Below are positions 36,671 to 49,996 of a stretch of DNA of 64,000 nt, piece by piece. Within the stretch, counting starts at the first letter, position 1, and every line of letters begins with the position of its first letter. The notes below the pieces were generated by a model, which made no database searches, was not told the origin of the DNA, and was given only the letters and a program-made list of their open reading frames with translations. Source of the stretch: Lingula anatina (Eukaryota > Animalia > Brachiopoda); contig CM120640.1 of NCBI GenBank assembly GCA_051362555.1, forward strand, positions 65,698,788 through 65,762,787, in the 5' to 3' direction. The position numbers and the translations under genes are program-made.

Positions 36671-37217
36671 TACCGACATAGAAATTGACTTCGTTTTAAA
36701 CTGATGGCGGCTGTTTAATTTGGATATTTCTAATCACCTTTGTTGTTTTTGGCTTTGGCGTCTCTTTCCTGTAAGTAAGACTGTAATTTAAGTTGTAGAA
36801 GTGAATAATTTGTTTTAGACGGCATACTATTTAACTTTGCCAGAACCTTTATAATATACACAGAGCCTAAACCTGTGAAACACGGGACCGGGAGTTTTGC
36901 ACACCCATATTCGATTTTAAGCAATGTCGGTTAATTTACAATACCAAAAAATAAAAAAAGTGTAGTACCACAAAACACAAAAAAATTATTTATTTGCATA
37001 AATCTTATATTACTTTTAAGCACAACCATGTCACCCACAGAAAAAGTCATTATAAATTTACAAATACCAGTCGAGTACCAGTAGTTTGAAAAAAAAAAAA
37101 AAAAAGAAGATGCAGTATATAATAGTGAATTGAAATAAATCTCCATTACATTGTATGTACACATACAAACATATTTTCACACACATTAATATATATATAC
37201 TGGTATATATATACTGT

Positions 37218-37410
37218 ATAAATGATAACAACTCTTCATATGAGATTCATATTTCACAATAAATACATTGTATTAAAACAACACATAGAAATATAATAAA
37301 TACTATTTTACCACCAAAATGATGGTTAGGCCTATGGCAATTATTCTGAAATTTGTGCTGTACACTGGACCATCACAGGTGGCTAACCTCTGTTACAATC
37401 TCTTAAGAGA
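37218..37410. mobile_element. Degraded partial relative of the Kolobok-like MITE
   Basis: ATGATAACAACTCTTCATATGAGATTCATATTTCACAATAAA...AATCTCTTAAGAGA resembles the left half of 15020-15356. Confidence 0.5.
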
Positions 37411-38684
37411 TGGGGGAAACACTAAATTATTTGTTCCTTTGGGTAGAGTACTTTTTCATGTAAAGATAGAATAATATAAATATAAATATATTGTTGATAT
37501 TTTAACATGTCATATGATCTTTTCTAAAAACATATTTTATGACTGTCATTTACTTGTACACAGTAGATGTCATCTAAAATCAGATAATAAGAGACACTCA
37601 TCTTCTCCTTAATATTTTACAACAATCATTATGATAATCTTTTTTGTTGCACATATATTGATCCCTCTTAGACGATTGTATAAGGTATGTGCACTGCAGG
37701 TGATAAAGAGACCCCCGATTTGGACCCACCCAAAATTAATTTTATTTTTAATGAAATTTTAACTGTATTTCAGTATAATAATTTTACTCAGAAAATTAAC
37801 TTAGAGGGCTCTGGCATAACTAAGATTGACTGTTTTTTGTTAAGATCTTAAAACTATTTTTCTCCAATATTATGTAAAATGAAGACATACTGTAAATACA
37901 GTACAGTATTATATCCTTAATTCAGATGCTAGTGCACATAGCTTGTTAACAAGTCCATCACCCAAACACCATTAAAAAATACCAACAGCATCTCAATATC
38001 AATTTATATAAATGGTAATAATACAAATATATTTAAATAATGTTATGGAATATCCACTGTTAATGCAAAAGTTTCATTCAATATTCTGTATATATAATAT
38101 TTGATATAAGTACATGGTAGTATATAATAGTAACATAATTGCCAGGATTTGATTTACTTACTACTTCGTCCGCTGCGATTTAATTTTCATCCTGACAAGA
38201 ACTACGAAGACGCACGATCTCTAAGCACGCACGACGGGTTGTAAGAGAGGCTTAAGGACAGTCATGTCAGTTAATAGCGTAGAGGCCCTGGGAACGTGTG
38301 GTAACTTGTTGCTGACCCTCGCTAATGACCGTGCTGTTACTGGAGGTGCATGGGGGAGCTTCCAGAAGCTTGTGCAGCTGCTGGTACATTATGCGATCAC
38401 ACGGAAGCTGCTCGTCTCCTGCGGTGTCCCCAACACTTGACACTGTAATTTATTGGCCATCAACTTACTTTGCTGATGAACTTCTTATAATATGATGGGT
38501 AGTTGTTATGTAAACTGAACTTCAGATCCGATTCGTGTCAGCGTCTTATATTTTCAAATTTCGTTGTATACATGCAAGCTTAAGATAAATGGTATCTGGG
38601 AACTTGGACATAAAAAGGAATTTATGTCCAAGCTGGGAATTTTAAAGCGAAGAAGCTGGCCCACAGATTTCAAACGCAGGTTAA

Positions 38685-39008
38685 AAGGATAATAACTCTT
38701 CATATAAGATCCATGTTTCACAATAAAAACATTGTGAACAACTCCTAGAAATATAATACATTCTGCTGTACAAGAAAAACGGCAGTTATAGCTATTATTC
38801 TGATATCTGAACTTGTCTTTAGACCACGTGACCTCCATTGATGGCTATACTCTTATAAGATATTATAACAAAAAAAACTTTTTAGAAAAAAAACAGGGAC
38901 TAACTTTGAATGTAAAAATGGATTCATTGACCATTGGTAAGTACGGGAAAATTGTTGTTTACTCCAGGAAAATTCTATTTTTGGCCAAAACGAAGAGTTA
39001 TTATCCCT
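38685..39008. mobile_element. Kolobok-like MITE, copy 2
   Basis: TTAA at 38681-84 and 39009-12. TIRs AAGGATAATAACTCTTC / GAAGAGTTATTATCCCT. Confidence 0.8.
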
Positions 39009-39361
39009 TTAAAACAACGGGGAAACAATTTTAGGTTGGTCATAACCTACTTAATTTTATTGACAAAATGTATAGAGTTAAATTTTCAAGTGTTTGTTGT
39101 TATCTTTTGATGGGTGTTTTCGTGTCCGTTCACACGCACGCACGTACGCACGCACAAAATTGGATTAAAATATTTCGTTGAACAACAGAATCACGAATTA
39201 GAAGAGAATTCATTTTACTAGTTTCATCTAACTTTGTTCACGAATTTCTGAACAGTGCTCGCATCTAATCGGGAAATCCTCTGTTAAAAATTTCTGTAAC
39301 AAAGTTACAATGACTTCTGCACGCGAAGTCTTCCCTTTTGAATATCTTTTTCTGTGGAGAG

Positions 39362-40501
39362 TTACAGTGTACCATTCCTGCTTTTGTTGAACATGCTTAG
39401 TCTACGTTTTATGTGTGTACGGATCAGTTTGGGCGAGCCCTGGAGTACAACTGAAACCTTCCTTCGTGGTACTTTCAGTGAGTCTCTCTTGTTAATTAGC
39501 TAAAACAATAAGACGTAAAATGAATAGAATAAAACGTAAAATGAATAGATAAAAAGGTGAAATAAATGAATTAAGGTGAATAAATAAAATAGGGAAAATG
39601 ATGACATTAAATGTTCATAAAGACATATATGGATAGAGGTGTACTTTTCTTGGATATTATACTAAAAGATGTAGGTACTAATAAATCAAAAAAGTCATTT
39701 TCATTTTTTCTTTTTTTCATTAAGGGGCACAACTGATCTCACCTTTTTCAACAGTGATTCAAAGATGACTGCCGCCTCGTCCGGTAACGTAGCAGCGGAA
39801 CTCTCCATTGGAAAACAGTCAGGATACTCGCTTGCATCTTTCTCTGCATCATCTGCATCTACCTCCCTATAGACAAAGAATGATGTTAAAACGAAATATT
39901 TTTCAAACATCACCATAAAAATAAAAAAGGTATTCGATAAATATGCACATTATCGTTAAGAATAAACATACGGATCTTTTTACAGTTACTTATCAAGATA
40001 TAGGGCTACAAAACAGCTACCGGGTATGAATAACCTTAGTTACCCAGAAAGGTTACGTAAACTTGGTTTACCAACACTTAGCTATAGGAGGGTAAGAGGG
40101 GACATGATTGAGATTTACAAACTGGTCACTGGGATATATGACAAATCAACTAGAGATCTTATTAAATTATGGTTAAGCCATTCACATAGGTCCGGTAACA
40201 GAGGAAATTGTTTCAAGCTATTCCCTCAAAGAGCCAAATTAGACTTGAGAAAATACAGCTTCACAGTGCGTACAACACAAATATGGAATAGCCAACCCGA
40301 TCAAGTTGTCAGTGCAAAAAGCCTAAACTCTTTTAAGAACAGATTAGACAAGTGGTGGGATGACCAGGAACTCAAGTATGATGATTATAGGTCCGAAATT
40401 AACATCATCGGAAGTCACAAGTTAGTTTTGGAAGATGAGTCCGATAAAGAGGATCCAGTAGGAACCTGAATCGAAAATCAACGCTAAGTAACGCTAAGTA
40501 A

Positions 40502-40536
<35 letters not shown>

Positions 40537-41405
40537 GGACTAAACCATTCTGTGGTCTATCTGCAGTGCCATCTGCTGATTGAAAAGGTTTGTACTTGGC
40601 ATTTTAAATTAACAGATGGCTGCCCAATAAATGGGTAATTGAAAACTTGTCCAGCTTATAAACTTTTATCAGTCGTAATACATAGTGATTAAAATTATGT
40701 TAAACACTAATCAATGTTAAGAAAATTGAATTTCAAGCGATAATTTTTTGTTTAATAAAACTATAACTTCTCACTCCTTATGTGTCAGAGCAGTGCTCAT
40801 TTTAAAAGACTCCCAGAACAGTCTGAGCACGACGGTCGGACCAGAGAACATTGGAATCTCTCCAAACCGAATGTAGGGAGACTTCACAAAGTTACGAAGC
40901 ATTATACATTTAGGTCTAGCTATATTTGTATATTTACATGTTTATGTTGTTATTTATTTGAAAATACTTGATTGGTTAAACAGATAAAATGCATCTGATT
41001 TATCTATCAGGTATGAGCTTGATAGGCGCGCCTACATCCTAGAAAAACGAAGTTTAAACCTCTTAAAGTATTTGGTTTTGTACGCTTAAAATACCTCAAA
41101 AGTAAGAAACTAGGAATAAAGCTTACCTGATGTGTTCCAGATCTACTTTATTTCCTACAAGAATAGTTGGTGTTGAAGTACCAGGTCTGGCATGAAGTCT
41201 TATCAAGTCTAGCAAATTGAGTGCCGCCTCATAACTCCGTCTATCTGTCACCGAATACACCACAACAATGCCATCTATCTTTTGAATTTTACTACGGACG
41301 TACGAAGGCTGCTTGACGCTCTGTAAAATGAAAGTAAAAGATTAGTTTAAGTTCTCCTTTTCTCTCTCTCCCTCACACACACACAAACGCGAGCACACTC
41401 ACCCA

Positions 41406-41459
<54 letters not shown>

Positions 41460-41988
41460 CAATAACACGGACGCACACAAATACACAACCACACACGAAA
41501 ACACCCATACGCCCACCTTCCCAATGACGTCGGTAATCTTGATCTGTACGTTTTTATCGTCCACGTTCACGGTACGGTTGTAAGTAGACTCTTCGGTACT
41601 GGCATACTCAGAGAGAAAACGCCTGGTGAGGTACCTTACTACCAAAGCTGGCACAGGAAACAAACGCTATTTTACTTCATTATATCTTACACTGAGATAG
41701 TATATGAGCATGTTGCCTTTTACTGGTGGTTATGCTAGTAGGTCTAGATTCACATAGAAATGGCATTTAATTTTTATAATGAAAATGTTTAGATTTTTTC
41801 AGATTATTCGAATTCAATAGAAAATGGCCAATGTGTGCAGGCCAATTACATGCAAGATGCCCCATGAACGTGTTTCTTAAATCATCTTAAAAAATCTTAC
41901 CGGTTTTCCCAACTCCCTCTGCCCCCAGAACAACAATGTGATAAGTCGTTTTCGTAGAACCTTTCTCTTGTGAATTACCTGTCATCAT
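39362..41988 (-). CDS. RERG/RASL-like Ras-family small GTPase, 224 aa, 5 coding exons
   Basis: Exons 41901-41988 ([13 protein letters not shown]), 41517-41647 ([18 protein letters not shown]...ITDVIGK), 41127-41320 ([15 protein letters not shown]...[13 protein letters not shown]), 39743-39866 (MESSA) and 39362-39499 (...[15 protein letters not shown]) total 675 nt in frame. No CAAX box, as in RERG-type proteins. Confidence 0.88.
40002..40502 (+). mobile_element. CR1 LINE 3' fragment in a GTPase intron
   Basis: [38 protein letters not shown]...[11 protein letters not shown]...[13 protein letters not shown] is the CR1 ORF2 C-terminus. Short tandem tail (ACGCTAAGTA)2. Confidence 0.88.
40503..40532. 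repeat. (TA)n microsatellite abutting the CR1 tail
   Basis: Seen directly. Confidence 0.9.
41409..41457. repeat. (TC)n(AC)n compound microsatellite
   Basis: Seen directly in GTPase intron 2. Confidence 0.9.
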
Positions 41989-44850
41989 GAACAACTTGCA
42001 CGCTGCAAAAGAAAGATATTCACACGAAAAACATTTAGAAATCACTAATTATATTTCTTTCGCTCAAAATATCCATTCCAGTAGTATATCGGGGGAAACA
42101 TTACTCATAAAACTGAATAGCAAAGCCTTTTTGGAATGACTTTCGTGAACTGCTCACCTTTTAACTTGCTTGAAAAAATGAAAAATAAATGAAACTGAAA
42201 AATCCAAACGTTATAATCTTTATCTGCTAGCTATCCTGTACCATGGTCTCAATGACTTACCTCTATTCTTCATCTAATTAGAATTATGTGACCGATTTGA
42301 GTCATTGTCATAGCGGAAACACAGAAGAGGGTCCATTGGATATTCATATCTCCATCTTGAGCGTGTCCATGGTAGGATAGTTCAAGAGGTGTGTAAAGAG
42401 AACGTTATCGGAGTTAGAGAAGATAAAACAGGCGGTGGGTTGGGAACAGACGCTATCTACCCTCTATACCTTCCTGTCTCTTTTCAGATTTCCATGAATA
42501 ACTTACACCATTTATAGTCACTTTTGTTCTTTTTTATTTCAAGCAGGTCTTTCTAGTAATTGTATGATTTTTAACATTTACAGTTTTTCAGATCTCTTCG
42601 ATCCCATTCCTGTTCTGTTGGCCCGCTGTGGGAGACCTAGATGCAATTTACCATTTAAACTTCTAACCTCAATTTGTGTACAGTTCTATTTAATTAGTCT
42701 TTGGAATTTTAGTAGAGACTCGAATTCCTAATAAGCCGGTTTATTCAGCACTCCAATCACGTACCATTTAATCTCGATTTAAGTGTTGGGCTAATTTTGA
42801 ATAATTTAGAAAAACGCTTCCAAGAATTAGTACTATTAAAGGGAAATAATACAAGAAAACCGATTTTAGGGAGGAGGCGTTCTCTACTCGAATTTTGTGA
42901 TGTAGATTTTGATAAAGAAAATTGTGGAAAGATAAAAGACGGTCATAAAAAGGCAAATGGAAAATCTTAATTATTTTTCAAGTTTTTATATAACATAATC
43001 GTTTCCAGCAAAACTTTCCACGCAGATTTAAATTTCATTTTTTCTATGACAGATTAAGCTTTAACAGGAAATGAGACGTTTAGATATGGCCCGATTTAAC
43101 CTCAGGTAGGTCTGCTCCGAACGTGCTTTTTGACCGCGATGTTTGATTTGAATCTACCCCATAGTACACTTATCATAAACAACAGCTCACTTTTTATGCA
43201 ACTCTCTGTAGGTAGAAAAGGAAGTTTACATAGATAAAATTATACATCCCTTACTTCGGACATAATGACATCCTGTCTATGAAAAGTTAATGTACATTAT
43301 AAAAATTAAAGTAACAATTTAGACGTAATTTATCTAAGCAAAGTAAGCTTACATGGAATGTTAACATCAGCTCACAACGGTGAACAACGGAAGCATGATT
43401 GACGGATTACTCCGTAGTTTGAAGGGTTCGGGTTAAAACATATTATTACGGGTAATTTTATATTTAAATCATAAGAAGTAAAACTGAAACACAACACTGT
43501 TATCTGAGTTTATTGCATCGGGATCAAATATAAAAAGTTTCAAAGTAGATATATATATACAAACGCTACTTATTAAACTAAATATCTACACTTCAGCACA
43601 AGCGTTAAAGACGAGGCTGGCGATGTACATGTAGGTAAAGTTGTTGAAAATAAGTTTTTTCTCTTGTACTAGTACACTAGAACAGTAGCGTGTCAAACAC
43701 GTGATTCACATATTAACTACAAAAAAGGACTCAGACATAATGTACAAACACAACTCCACTTCTGTTGACTTTCGCTAACCACTGCAATCATGTATTTTGA
43801 TAAAATACAATTTATACAGTCACCAACTGTAACAAAATAACACATTAAACCGCATAAGAAAATGTCTACAATAACGACTTGTATAACATAGAAACACTAA
43901 TAGACGGACGTGAACAGCAGTATATACTTGGCTTTGCTTAAGTAATTTTAATTTAAAAATAGAAAATGAAATGATGAAAGCCTTATTTTCCATCAAATTT
44001 TGTACAATTCAAAGTGAGAAAGTATATTTGCCCATGTTCCATTTTCAAGATTTTAGTGAGTTCTGTTACTTTAGTTCATTTAACAACACTTTCGATTAAA
44101 TGAGTACCAGTGTCCATTTTTAAAATGGTGTATGACCCTATGTCTAGTATCCATATTCGTGATGTAGTCATAGTACAGGATAAAGGAAACAAAACATGGT
44201 CCGCCCAAAAATAACCAATTGAAATACCTATCTATTTAGGTATGCCGATATAACCTGCAAAACCTGTGAATGGCGTACGAAGTTCACTAGTGAGGATATC
44301 TTAAATGTGCATAAATCATGAAATATAATTTCTTCGTCGTAGATTGTAAAAAATACCCTTTTCTTTGCATTACGCTGAATTTACGTTATGCTACATATCA
44401 TACATGTATATGTTATATACACAGAATCTGATGAAACCTGTGTCAAATAAAACTTAGACAAATAAACATTTCATAACGTTTAATCCGTCCAATATTTAAA
44501 GCAATGATTGGTGATGTCTTTTTTTTTACATTAAAATGAAATTAAATAACCTTTCGATCACAGCTTACAACTTGGTCCAGCCTTAGGCTTTAAAAACCTC
44601 ATTTCTTTTGCGGTTTTCTCCACGGTGATGCTGTAAATTTTCCTCAAGGCGAGTTCAGATTCATAAAAGTGTTTTTGACAGAAAAGTGACACTTTCTAAA
44701 TCTGGGAAGCATTATTAAAACGTAAAATAATAACATCTGCAAAAATGTCTAACACGTTATATACAATAAAACCATCATTTCAGTCTGTTCACAAGTGATT
44801 TACGTGCATTAACCATGGTAAGAAAAAGAGTATATACAACCTTAAACCTA

Positions 44851-45449
44851 TTATACAACAGTAGAATTCGAAGGGTCTTGATATAGAGATATATCAAAGT
44901 CAGAGTACTGCGATACGGGACGAGATCCACCGGAATACTGCGAAGATGGACGAGAGCCTCTACTTCCCGGACGAGGCGGACGCTGAGTGTACAAATTTTG
45001 TGATAGCTCCACAGGGCCGACAGGCACCCCCTCTTCGGTGGACAACCTTCTGATTACTGGGTAGGCACGGTAGTCATCGTAAGATGGGGGACGGTCGGTT
45101 CTCTGGGGCGGTTGTCGCAGGGTTACTTGTTCCGGTGCTCCAATCTGCGGTGATTGACCGTTTTCAATTATTGTAGTCTGCGGCGTAGAAGAAATATGGA
45201 TGTTCACGTTGGAATTTTCATAGGAGGGATTTGTTCTGCCGTCATAAGTAGGTGGCGTTGCTGCCTGGGTCGTGTCCTCCCGATTTCGCTGCCTTCTGCG
45301 CGCCACCAGAAAAATGATGACCACTATCACGATGAACACGACGCCTCCCACTATAGCTGCAATGTACCACATCTGAAACGCCTCTTCTGTCTCGTCATAC
45401 CTGGCGCTGGTCCCTTTATAGAAAATTTATGAAATAGTTGATAAAGTTT

Positions 45450-45484
<35 letters not shown>

Positions 45485-48276
45485 TGTGTACAAACATGTA
45501 TGTGTGTGTGTACATATGCGTGGATTACACTTGGAACGTATTTGATGGTTTTTTCGATCCATGTAATTTATTTAAATGATAAAGTGGATGTAAAATTTTG
45601 TCATTAATATTTTGGGTCATTATGAGTATTTTACGAGCAGCATTTTAAGCGTATCAGACGCATGTATGCAAATCTCTCGAAATTAGAAATTAAAAAAAAA
45701 ATACTGTAAAATGCGAGAACATTTAAAGTCTATTTTACATTGATTGCATGCATTGTTTGCATCTTTACTTTGCGTAATAGTATGATATTCCAGCAGTCAA
45801 AAAAAAATATAGTTATTGAAATTGGCTTGAACAAGGCTCAGAGACGCAAGTAACATAAACGCTTATTTTAAAAAACAACGGACTCCTCGAACGGACCTTT
45901 GGGTTGGACAATTCTTAAATGGTTTTTATTCAAAAATAAAATTGTATTATACTGCACTTTTAGATACTCTATTGGCGTTACCAATGAAACGGTCACCATG
46001 TAGTGTAAAGATTTCAGATGACAACTTACGTGCTGGTCCGCCGCCGCCGGTCTCCATAACTAAGTTGTATTTGCCGGTGTAGGACGACGCAAGGCAGCTT
46101 ATGGTACAAGAGTAAGTCCCAGCAAAGCGTTCTGACATTGCGTTGATGACCAGTGTGGACATTAAGGCGTCTGGACTGGTGTTTATCTCCCCTTCCTCGG
46201 CACTGTCGAAGCCTGTGGGAGGCACCCAGTACAAATACACTTGACAAGACCTGTCCAGGAATTTATGAATGGCACTGCAGACGCTGGCTGCCATTGCGGA
46301 GCAAGTCAGGGTCACTTTTGCACCAGGCTTGATTGCATCTTTCGTCGAGATCAGGACGCAGTCTGAAATGCAGTTTAGCAATCAAAGCAATAGCGGTTTT
46401 CCCAATAAAAAAGGCTATTCTAAAATGCGGGGACGGTATGTGAGCCACCATAATTATATTTTCATTTAAATAAAAACGAATATTTGCATTTCTTTTAATA
46501 ATCACGGAAAGAACTTTGGAGTAAAAGAATCTACTCTTACATAAAAAAGTATCTACATGACTGGAATATTTCACTGATTGAGTCAAATCAACGCAGTACT
46601 CCAAACTAGCGTGTCCCGCACAATAAGCCTATGTAGCCCAATGCGATACAGTGACAGCTTAGTTATGACGAACCATTAGTCATATGTGTACACGGCATGC
46701 GAAGACGGTCGTCTCTCACCAGCAGTCACCACACAGGTTACATGTCAGTGTGTATTACGACATTAGCACTGGTGACCTTAGGCATGCAATGCTCGGGTGT
46801 CAACTGTGTGTTTGAATAATACTGTCATGTATATGCGATTGGAACTTTAGATAGCATGATTTACCCTAAAAGGATGCTAGCCCATTGAAAGACAGCAGCA
46901 GACTTGAGCGTTGCAAATTTCTAAACCTTCCTCCAAAACACAACTACATACACAGGAATAAACACCTGCGCCTACCCTCCATCACTTGCATCAGGAAGCA
47001 AAATGTAAGGGGCGTGCACTGGGTGGGGTAGTTATTCAGAATTAAGACGGGAAATAAGGGCCAAAAACTAGGCATCATGTTGGACACTGGGGTTTGGGCC
47101 GCGATCTGAAGTATATATTTCACTGAAATAAATGAAAAGCTCCCCTAGCTCCACCCCACTTTTCTGTTCCTTGGACTGGCTTGGTTGAAAACAGGAGGGG
47201 GACTAAGCAGCCCCCCTAGTCCCTCCCCACCTCCTACTCCTATGTGCGTACTCTGTTGTTGCAGCACATGTACATGTAACACAATAAAGCTGTTGCAAAG
47301 ATTGATAGCGGCATCATAGTGGCAGCCGGGTGATAGTGACACAACAGGGCGTGTTGACATAATATATACATAGCCTGCTGCTAGATTAAAGAATAAACAG
47401 GTATTTATTTTAGATACCAATGTCAATTGCATACTGATCAGCCGATTGTTTAATAAACATGAAAACGGTTGAGCTGATAAATGTTTACCAGTATACCCAG
47501 TCAATGATAAACGACTCTGAATGTCTGGCAATTTCAAATGAGACCTTGTCATATTGCGACCTACACACATGCTGTAGTATGATTAGTAGTAGTAGTAATA
47601 TGACAGCTTATGACCTTTGTTAAAAGACGTGTTGCTTGCAAGTACGTTCTATATATTGCTATACCGTCTTGTTTATTCTTTTACATATAGCATTTGGCAA
47701 AATGAAATTACGTAGGCAAACGTCGACCTGCTTTCACGCAAATAACGCAAAACAGTACGGAAAAACTATCAGTGACATTAACAATGCATAAGCTTGTTAT
47801 TGTCGTGTTGTGTTAGTTGAAATTCAATAGACCTATACCAGCACATCCATAGGTAATCGGCCCGTGTGGATACAGAGTAAGATTGTTACTCTACAGAATT
47901 TCTCTCTGTGACGAGATGACCACATCAGACTACAGACGGTTAATTAGAATTCTCGTTTGCATACCAATACAGTCGTGGCTCTCTTGTGACACTGTGACAA
48001 CTAGCTGTATGCATAGATAAGTAATAACGGAAAGAGGGCAAGAACCCTGAGACTCAACCAGTTTATATTCCGTTGTTTTGGTCGTTTGAAAAAATAAACA
48101 TTGTTTATCATTTCATTTTTATTAATCTTACCTTCAGCTTGCACACAAATGACCAGTGTAAAGAAATACATTGCTAGCGCGATACAGGTAACGGAACTAC
48201 CGGAATTAAGATGGAAGCCTCCAAACTTGGCGCCTCTTCTTACACCCCGCCACGATTCCCGCGTTCGTTCAGTCAT
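44851..48276 (-). CDS. Single Ig-domain type I membrane protein (~346 aa, 3 exons)
   Basis: Exons 48132-48276 (hydrophobic signal segment ...IALAMYFFTLVICVQAE), 46030-46362 (KVTLTCS...LYW...STLVINAMSERFAGTYSCTI, Ig pattern) and 44851-45413 (TM WYIAAIVGGVVFIVIVVIIFLVA, RRRQR, Tyr/Pro-rich tail). Phase-1 introns flank the Ig exon. Confidence 0.82.
47007..47244. mobile_element. Degenerate hAT-like MITE in intron 1 of the Ig gene
   Basis: GC-rich insert with a minus-strand terminus CATAGGAGTAGGAGG..GGGGGCTGCTTAGTCCCCC and AGGGGCGTGCAC at the other end. No clear TSD. Confidence 0.4.
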
Positions 48277-49996
48277 GCTGATTCCGAGGTGTCTGTGTCA
48301 AGACGCTTCAAATGACATTGAGTCATTAATTTTGAGACACTGTGCACGAAATAAACTAAGAATGTGACAAGCTGTGTCACATCTCCCTGATCAAGCTGCC
48401 AAGTTTATGGATTGTTCACATTGCGCTTGCGCATGTTACCTGATAATATCTAGGTCAAGGTGGTGTATTTTCACCTGTCACAGACTTTGCCTTTTCATAC
48501 TCGTTGGGGGGGGGGGGGGGGGGGGGGGGGGTATTTGCCAAACTTTGAAATGCGTATAGATATATAATGCTTGGCCTGTTGCTAAATATTTCAAATATGA
48601 CAACAATAGTCTATAAACAGAAGGCCAAGTACATATAATATTTAATTATTTGTTCCTTTCTATTTTGTTGACGGATTCTTACCACCCTCTTCACTAAAAA
48701 GACGGGATCAAAAGCCTATATCTTTACAGAAATTTGACATTTCCACATAAGCACTTTCTCCCAAGAAGTTCAGGGATTGAGCGGCGGTCAAGCTTATTAA
48801 ATGACACCAATATTATGTTTCGCTGCGAGAGGACACCATTAATAGCGGATTTTTCTGGACTCATCACGTAATCGATTTTAAGGTCTTAGTCAAAAATACC
48901 ATTAAAATAAGTGGAGGATAACGTATTTTCTGTTCATTTTCACCTCTAGCAAAACTGCATTTTTAGCAGAAGTGGTGTCTTTATTTCGTAGAAACGATGT
49001 TGCAATTCTTTTATGCATAATACAAACCATTCTTAAATAAGAAACAATCAAAGTAAAACGAACCCCATTAACATTAACTCAGTGAGATTACTCTCCAATA
49101 ACAACAACCCGTTCTCATGCCAAATTATGCTCATCCGGCGCATCGTCCACTCGCCCTTATGTCGACTTTAATATTGTGACATGGTCGCTACAGAATAGAC
49201 ACTTTTGTAATCTTGAGATAGACGTGAAACTGTCAAAGTATTGTGACACTGCCATGAAAAATCAATAATAGCATGAACTTGCTATATACATGTAGATACA
49301 CATGTACCCGTCACAGATTAGCAGGCTAACTTGTTGTTCAAATTAGAGACAAATAATCGAGTGACGCTCACGGCAAGTTGTTTTCATCCGTCTCTTTTCC
49401 AATCGTCTGCAGTTGTTTTTATCCTATGGATAAACCTTAGTAAGTAAGCTCTTTCATAACAAGACGGAAACTCTCTAAATGCAAGTGAATTAAGAATCCG
49501 GCGAATAACGAAGAAGAGATGAAGAGCTTGACGACGCATTATCTTCCAAATGGATAAGGCAGACTAATCATTAAAGTGATTTTTCCATATAATATCAAGC
49601 AATTCGGACAGGTTAATGGGTGTATATATCTGACAAAGGTGATTGAGTATTCAAGCGTTGCCCACATTTTCGAAATAAAAAGTTTGCGTAACTTTAATCG
49701 TATTCATCGCTGGCAATTGGTGTGAATAACGATCTTTCCTTTTCAAACTATCCCAAATGCCAAATTACAGAAAAACAGTCTAGGTCAGATTGATATGCGT
49801 CTGCATCTTGCCAAGGCCAAGATAGTTTAATTTGTTCGGAATGTTCTCTTAACAGACAACATCCCTTTAATCAAGTTTTCAACTGTTTTCCGTTGTACTG
49901 TTTCAAAGTCAGAACACGCTCATGGTGAACCAGTTGTCCGCCCAGAGTAGAAAATTTCCAACTTGAACACAATAATAGTTTTATGCAGCCCGTCTA

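Noticed and set aside
38530-38684. SAM-domain-like peptide (LKINGIWELGHKKEFMSKL) on the plus strand
   Set aside because: Short, with an upstream in-frame stop, no start or convincing acceptor, and it runs into a MITE. The similarity may be chance.
18851-43436. Giant piggyBac-like element bounded by TTAACCCGA...TCGGGTTAA
   Set aside because: The match covers only ~9 bp, there is no transposase, and the span includes an ordinary multi-exon host gene.
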